Notes under the pieces: model-generated
What the model saw: only the letters and a program-made list of their open reading frames with translations
What the model was told of the DNA's origin: nothing
Database searches by the model: none
Assembly: GCA_030386295.1 (NCBI GenBank)
Contig: JANQAO010000002.1
Span: forward strand, 186,868-250,867
Origin: Candidatus Doriopsillibacter californiensis
GTDB lineage: Bacteria; Pseudomonadota; Gammaproteobacteria; Tethybacterales; Persebacteraceae
Length of the DNA stretch: 64,000 nucleotides
Direction of reading: 5' to 3'
Made by a program: the position numbers and the translations under genes
Shown here: piece after piece, positions 60,764 through 64,000 of the stretch
Position numbering within the stretch: the stretch's first letter is position 1
Layout: every line of letters starts with the position of its first letter

Positions 60764-63700
60764 CTAAACAGTTAATATTTTTTCGTTATCTAAATCGGGA
60801 GATTTTTCTTGCACAAATTGATACCATTCTTTGTTGGTAATGTTTAATCTCTCTTCTCCTTTGTTAATTTGCTCTAACGCCCATAACCCTTTTAGTGCAA
60901 TGTGATACGCTCCGTTAGCATCAGCATTTTGCGGGACATCGCCACCCACATCGCGAGAGTCAAAGAAATTTCCATTCGCATCCGGTATCGGCGAAATCAT
61001 CCAATCCTCATCTGAATTAATACGGCTATTACGAAGTTGTAAAGTTAACCTGAGCAATCGAATAAGTTCTTTGAAAAAACCTGTGTCATTTTGATTTTCA
61101 ATATCGCTTTTAATATCTTCTTTATTTTCATAGTCAATAACCGTGTTTTTAAATAATTCTTTGAATTTTTCGGTTAAATTAATTTCTCTTGTGTCCCATT
61201 TATCATTTTTAGAGGTTCTAAAATTCTCAAGCCGCTTACCATAGGAACAAATTGTCCATTTTTGTTTACTGTCTTCAGCCTTATCCGTAAATTTTTTATA
61301 ATCCAAATGAAATTCAAAATATTGTTTTTCAGTATTAAATTTTATCAAATCAAATTTGTTAAAAAATTCTTGTGCCTTCTTAACAGTTTCATAATGAGGA
61401 TATAGTAAGTTCACAAACCCTGTCACTGGGCAAATTTTGGACGTGTGGTAGGCAGAGACATAAAAAACAACTCCAGTTTGCTTGCCCATTTTTTGAAAAC
61501 TTTTAAATGGTGCTGTCAGCTGCAATGCTTTTAGCACTCCGCCAGCATGGCTTGGTTCTTTCTCTTTTAGCACTAAATAATTAAGTTTGTCTATCAACAT
61601 TTTTTCCAGTTTTTGATAGATTTGTTTTTCTACCTTAAAGCGGCCTTTTTTGAAACCAAAATTTAAATCTTCAAGTACTACAATAGCGTTGTGTTCTACT
61701 ATCATCCGACAAATTTTGTGCACGACTTGCGACAAATAACCCTCTTTCAAGTCCTTAATCCGTTCAATACTTCCCCAAGACTTTCTAGATTTATCTCGCT
61801 CAACTTCTCTTTTATTCAAAAGATAATGATAGTCTTTTGAATAAATTTTTCCTTTATTATCACTTTCTATTACATTAAAACTGCCCTGCAAATACTTACC
61901 ATTCACATCTTGAAGTATTTCCCTTTTTTGGTTAATCAGCGTGTAATAAGCTAAGTGACGCTCTCCTCTATCTATCCCCAAAATATTGACGGTTGGATTA
62001 TCTTTTAGAAATGCATTAATTTTGTCATTAAAGTGAGGTGCTCCTAAAGCTTTAAAATTACACCCAATGGATACATGAAACAAGTATCTGTCTTTGGCAT
62101 AACGTTTGTCTTTGATAATAGGAAGGCGCTTGCCATTCTTGTCAAACTTTCCTTTCAATTCTTCGTAGTGATGCCCCTGTTCCCAAATTTTTTCATCATA
62201 CTTAATAGATGCTTTCCTAAAAAATAGTTCTGCTTTTCCATTAAGTTTATAAACCACATTTTTTAAATTTTCAGGGGTAAATAAATTTCTCCAATACAAG
62301 GTTTGTAAACTAGGTTTTCCTTTTGCATGTGGCGAAAAGTCTTTGCTATAAATCTCAAACAAATATAATTCCCCTTCTTCCACACATTGATCTATATAGC
62401 TCACCGAAATATCTTGAAAAGATATTTTGTAACCCTGATGCTCTACCTCTTTATAAAACCCACTTAAGTCGTTATACTGACTTGTGTCTGAAAACTTAAA
62501 TCCAAAACCTCTCCATTCTGGACGAGAATTAATTGATTCTTTAAAAAAATCAATTATATTTCTCATATCTTTTACATCAAATTCCTCTTTTTCATAACCT
62601 TTTTGAGGAGTGCCTTTTTGGGTATGAGTGGCATGGTTCCTAATTCTCAAAATCTCATCAGACGGATTATAATAATTTATATTTTCTTTACTGAAAAATA
62701 CCTTCGGTAACATTTTGCTTGCCCCAGGAAGAAGTTTATATTCCATTTTTTGGTAATTATCAGATGTGTTTTTTAGCGCTTCCAAAGATTTTGCTTGTTT
62801 CTTTATGTTTTTTTCCATATTTTCTAATTTATTCTTCAAATCATCATAAGCTTTTGTGCCTTCTTTTTTGTTTAATAAGATTGCCTTATGTTCTTCAATT
62901 TTTTTTATGTTTTCCGCCATACTATCTTCAATTGATTTTGGACTTAAATTATCACTTTCAAATAATTTTGCTGTTCGTCTATCCATAACACCCAAAAAAT
63001 ATTTTTCGCCTTTGCGTAAAAGCACACAAGTATTATCAGTTTCTTTATTTTTATCCCATCCATCTGCTAACGTGATATTTTCAAAATTTAACTTATATTT
63101 TTCTATGTTGTACGGCTTTTTTGTAAGATAGTTACGTGTTTGATTATAAAGTGGCGTAATCTGTTCTAGCACTTCATACAAACGATCAAAATCCCCATAA
63201 AAAGCACTATCTTTATCTAGCACATCAGCATGTTCTTTTTCTTTCTGCTTGACTTTTTTGCGGTGTGGTTGTTTTTCCGTTAGCACATCAGCATGTTCTT
63301 TTTCTTTCTGCTTGACAAATAACGGTTTTAAAAACTGCTGTAAATCTTGCACTGCATCTAAATATACTTTGATTTTAGATACCTCTTTTTTATTATTTTT
63401 TAACGTTTCTGTTTTTTCGCCTTTATATTGTTTTAACACATTAAAAGCGGGTGGCGCTAATTTTATAATTTCATCAAGCAATTCTTTCTCTTCAAAAACA
63501 TCGGTTTCTTCATTCTTTTTTCTAAACATTAAATTTTCAAAATAGCGAAAAAGCGGTTCGCTCATTGCTTTTTTTTTCATTTCTATAGTAACACCTTCAT
63601 CCTTATTATCTACAAGATCTTCGTCTTTATATTGCTCAAAATCTTTTTTTAATGCTTTATGAATAGTATCAAATGAAAAATAAGTGCTCTTAAGCCATGA

Positions 63701-64000
63701 TTCTCTTGCTTGCTCAGTAAATCGCTTAGACTCACCTTTTTTATTTTTCCCCAGTAATCTATTTTCTGCATAATTTTCTAAGCTTCGTTTTATGACATCC
63801 CAGTCACCAAATAAAAACTGAGAAATGTTAGCAAGCTCTTTGCCGTTTTTGATATAAATACTTTGAGCATCTGCTTCTGATATGCTTTCAAGGATCTCTC
63901 TTAACTGCTTAGTAATATTAAAATCTTCAGTGTTTTTATTTCCTTTCTCATCTTCAATTTCTTCTCTGCCAATTAACTCATCCTTTTCATTTAATTGGAA
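60764..64000 (-). CDS. cas12a: Cas12a (Cpf1) type V-A effector, 5' end beyond the window (at least 1078 aa present)
   Basis: RuvC I GIDRGERHLAYY, RuvC II VVLEDLNFGFK, RuvC III DADANGAYHIALKG, Nuc SKICPVTGF, and LLPGASKMLPKVFF. It is extensively collinear with FnCas12a. My hand translation shows the frame stays open from 63581 to 64000, so the listed 938-aa ORF is not the full gene. Confidence 0.95.
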   Translation of the reverse strand, partial: FQLNEKDELIGREEIEDEKGNKNTEDFNITKQLREILESISEADAQSIYIKNGKELANISQFLFGDWDVIKRSLENYAENRLLGKNKKGESKRFTEQARESWLKSTYFSFDTIHKALKKDFEQYKDEDLVDNKDEGVTIEMKKKAMSEPLFRYFENLMFRKKNEETDVFEEKELLDEIIKLAPPAFNVLKQYKGEKTETLKNNKKEVSKIKVYLDAVQDLQQFLKPLFVKQKEKEHADVLTEKQPHRKKVKQKEKEHADVLDKDSAFYGDFDRLYEVLEQITPLYNQTRNYLTKKPYNIEKYKLNFENITLADGWDKNKETDNTCVLLRKGEKYFLGVMDRRTAKLFESDNLSPKSIEDSMAENIKKIEEHKAILLNKKEGTKAYDDLKNKLENMEKNIKKQAKSLEALKNTSDNYQKMEYKLLPGASKMLPKVFFSKENINYYNPSDEILRIRNHATHTQKGTPQKGYEKEEFDVKDMRNIIDFFKESINSRPEWRGFGFKFSDTSQYNDLSGFYKEVEHQGYKISFQDISVSYIDQCVEEGELYLFEIYSKDFSPHAKGKPSLQTLYWRNLFTPENLKNVVYKLNGKAELFFRKASIKYDEKIWEQGHHYEELKGKFDKNGKRLPIIKDKRYAKDRYLFHVSIGCNFKALGAPHFNDKINAFLKDNPTVNILGIDRGERHLAYYTLINQKREILQDVNGKYLQGSFNVIESDNKGKIYSKDYHYLLNKREVERDKSRKSWGSIERIKDLKEGYLSQVVHKICRMIVEHNAIVVLEDLNFGFKKGRFKVEKQIYQKLEKMLIDKLNYLVLKEKEPSHAGGVLKALQLTAPFKSFQKMGKQTGVVFYVSAYHTSKICPVTGFVNLLYPHYETVKKAQEFFNKFDLIKFNTEKQYFEFHLDYKKFTDKAEDSKQKWTICSYGKRLENFRTSKNDKWDTREINLTEKFKELFKNTVIDYENKEDIKSDIENQNDTGFFKELIRLLRLTLQLRNSRINSDEDWMISPIPDANGNFFDSRDVGGDVPQNADANGAYHIALKGLWALEQINKGEERLNITNKEWYQFVQEKSPDLDNEKILTV
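63218..63316. repeat. 36-bp direct repeat with 63-bp period inside cas12a (in-frame 21-aa duplication)
   Basis: TAGCACATCAGCATGTTCTTTTTCTTTCTGCTTGAC occurs at 63218-63253 and 63281-63316. It encodes KQKEKEHADVL twice. Confidence 0.9.

Noticed and set aside
60764-63580. The ORF track's 938-aa Met-to-stop ORF taken as a complete small Cas12a.
   Set aside because: Hand translation of the minus strand from 63581 to 64000 gives 140 further sense codons in the same frame (...ISQFLFGDWDVIKRSL...). These look like the Cas12a REC lobe. The gene is 5'-truncated by the window, and the internal Met is not the start.

Overview
This is a 64-kb chromosomal segment that looks gammaproteobacterial from its gene content and neighbourhoods (smpB-ratA/rnfH, gatCAB, ndk-rlmN-ispG, plsY/folB, birA-coaX, ruvX-yqgE, nrdAB). 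Most of it is densely packed housekeeping genes. Three kinds of accessory content stand out. (1) A complete, AT-rich type V-A CRISPR-Cas locus lies at the right end on the minus strand, in the order cas12a (5' end runs off the window), cas4, cas1, cas2, leader, then a 26-repeat/25-spacer array at 57117-58742. Its repeat carries the Cas12a crRNA handle AAUUUCUACUAUCGUAGAU. The Cas12a has lineage-specific insertions, and two spacers are diverged copies of one protospacer. (2) A methyl-group/one-carbon catabolic neighbourhood contains etfB-etfA-ETF:QO, a divergently transcribed BetI-like TetR regulator fused in frame to an MTHFR-like domain, a GcvT/DmdA-like demethylase, an EamA transporter, two aldehyde dehydrogenases, BHMT, and an ATPase-less ABC importer next to betB. 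(3) Several local oddities are present: a DNA methyltransferase with an AT-rich extra C-terminal domain wedged inside the nrdA-nrdB operon, a RatA-RnfH fusion, a frameshifted YHS-domain gene, a methyltransferase/YidC-like pair, a lysine-repeat histone H1-like protein, and orphan sensor kinases. I recognised no rRNA or tRNA genes. All calls come from reading the ORF translations and the DNA by eye; no database search was run.
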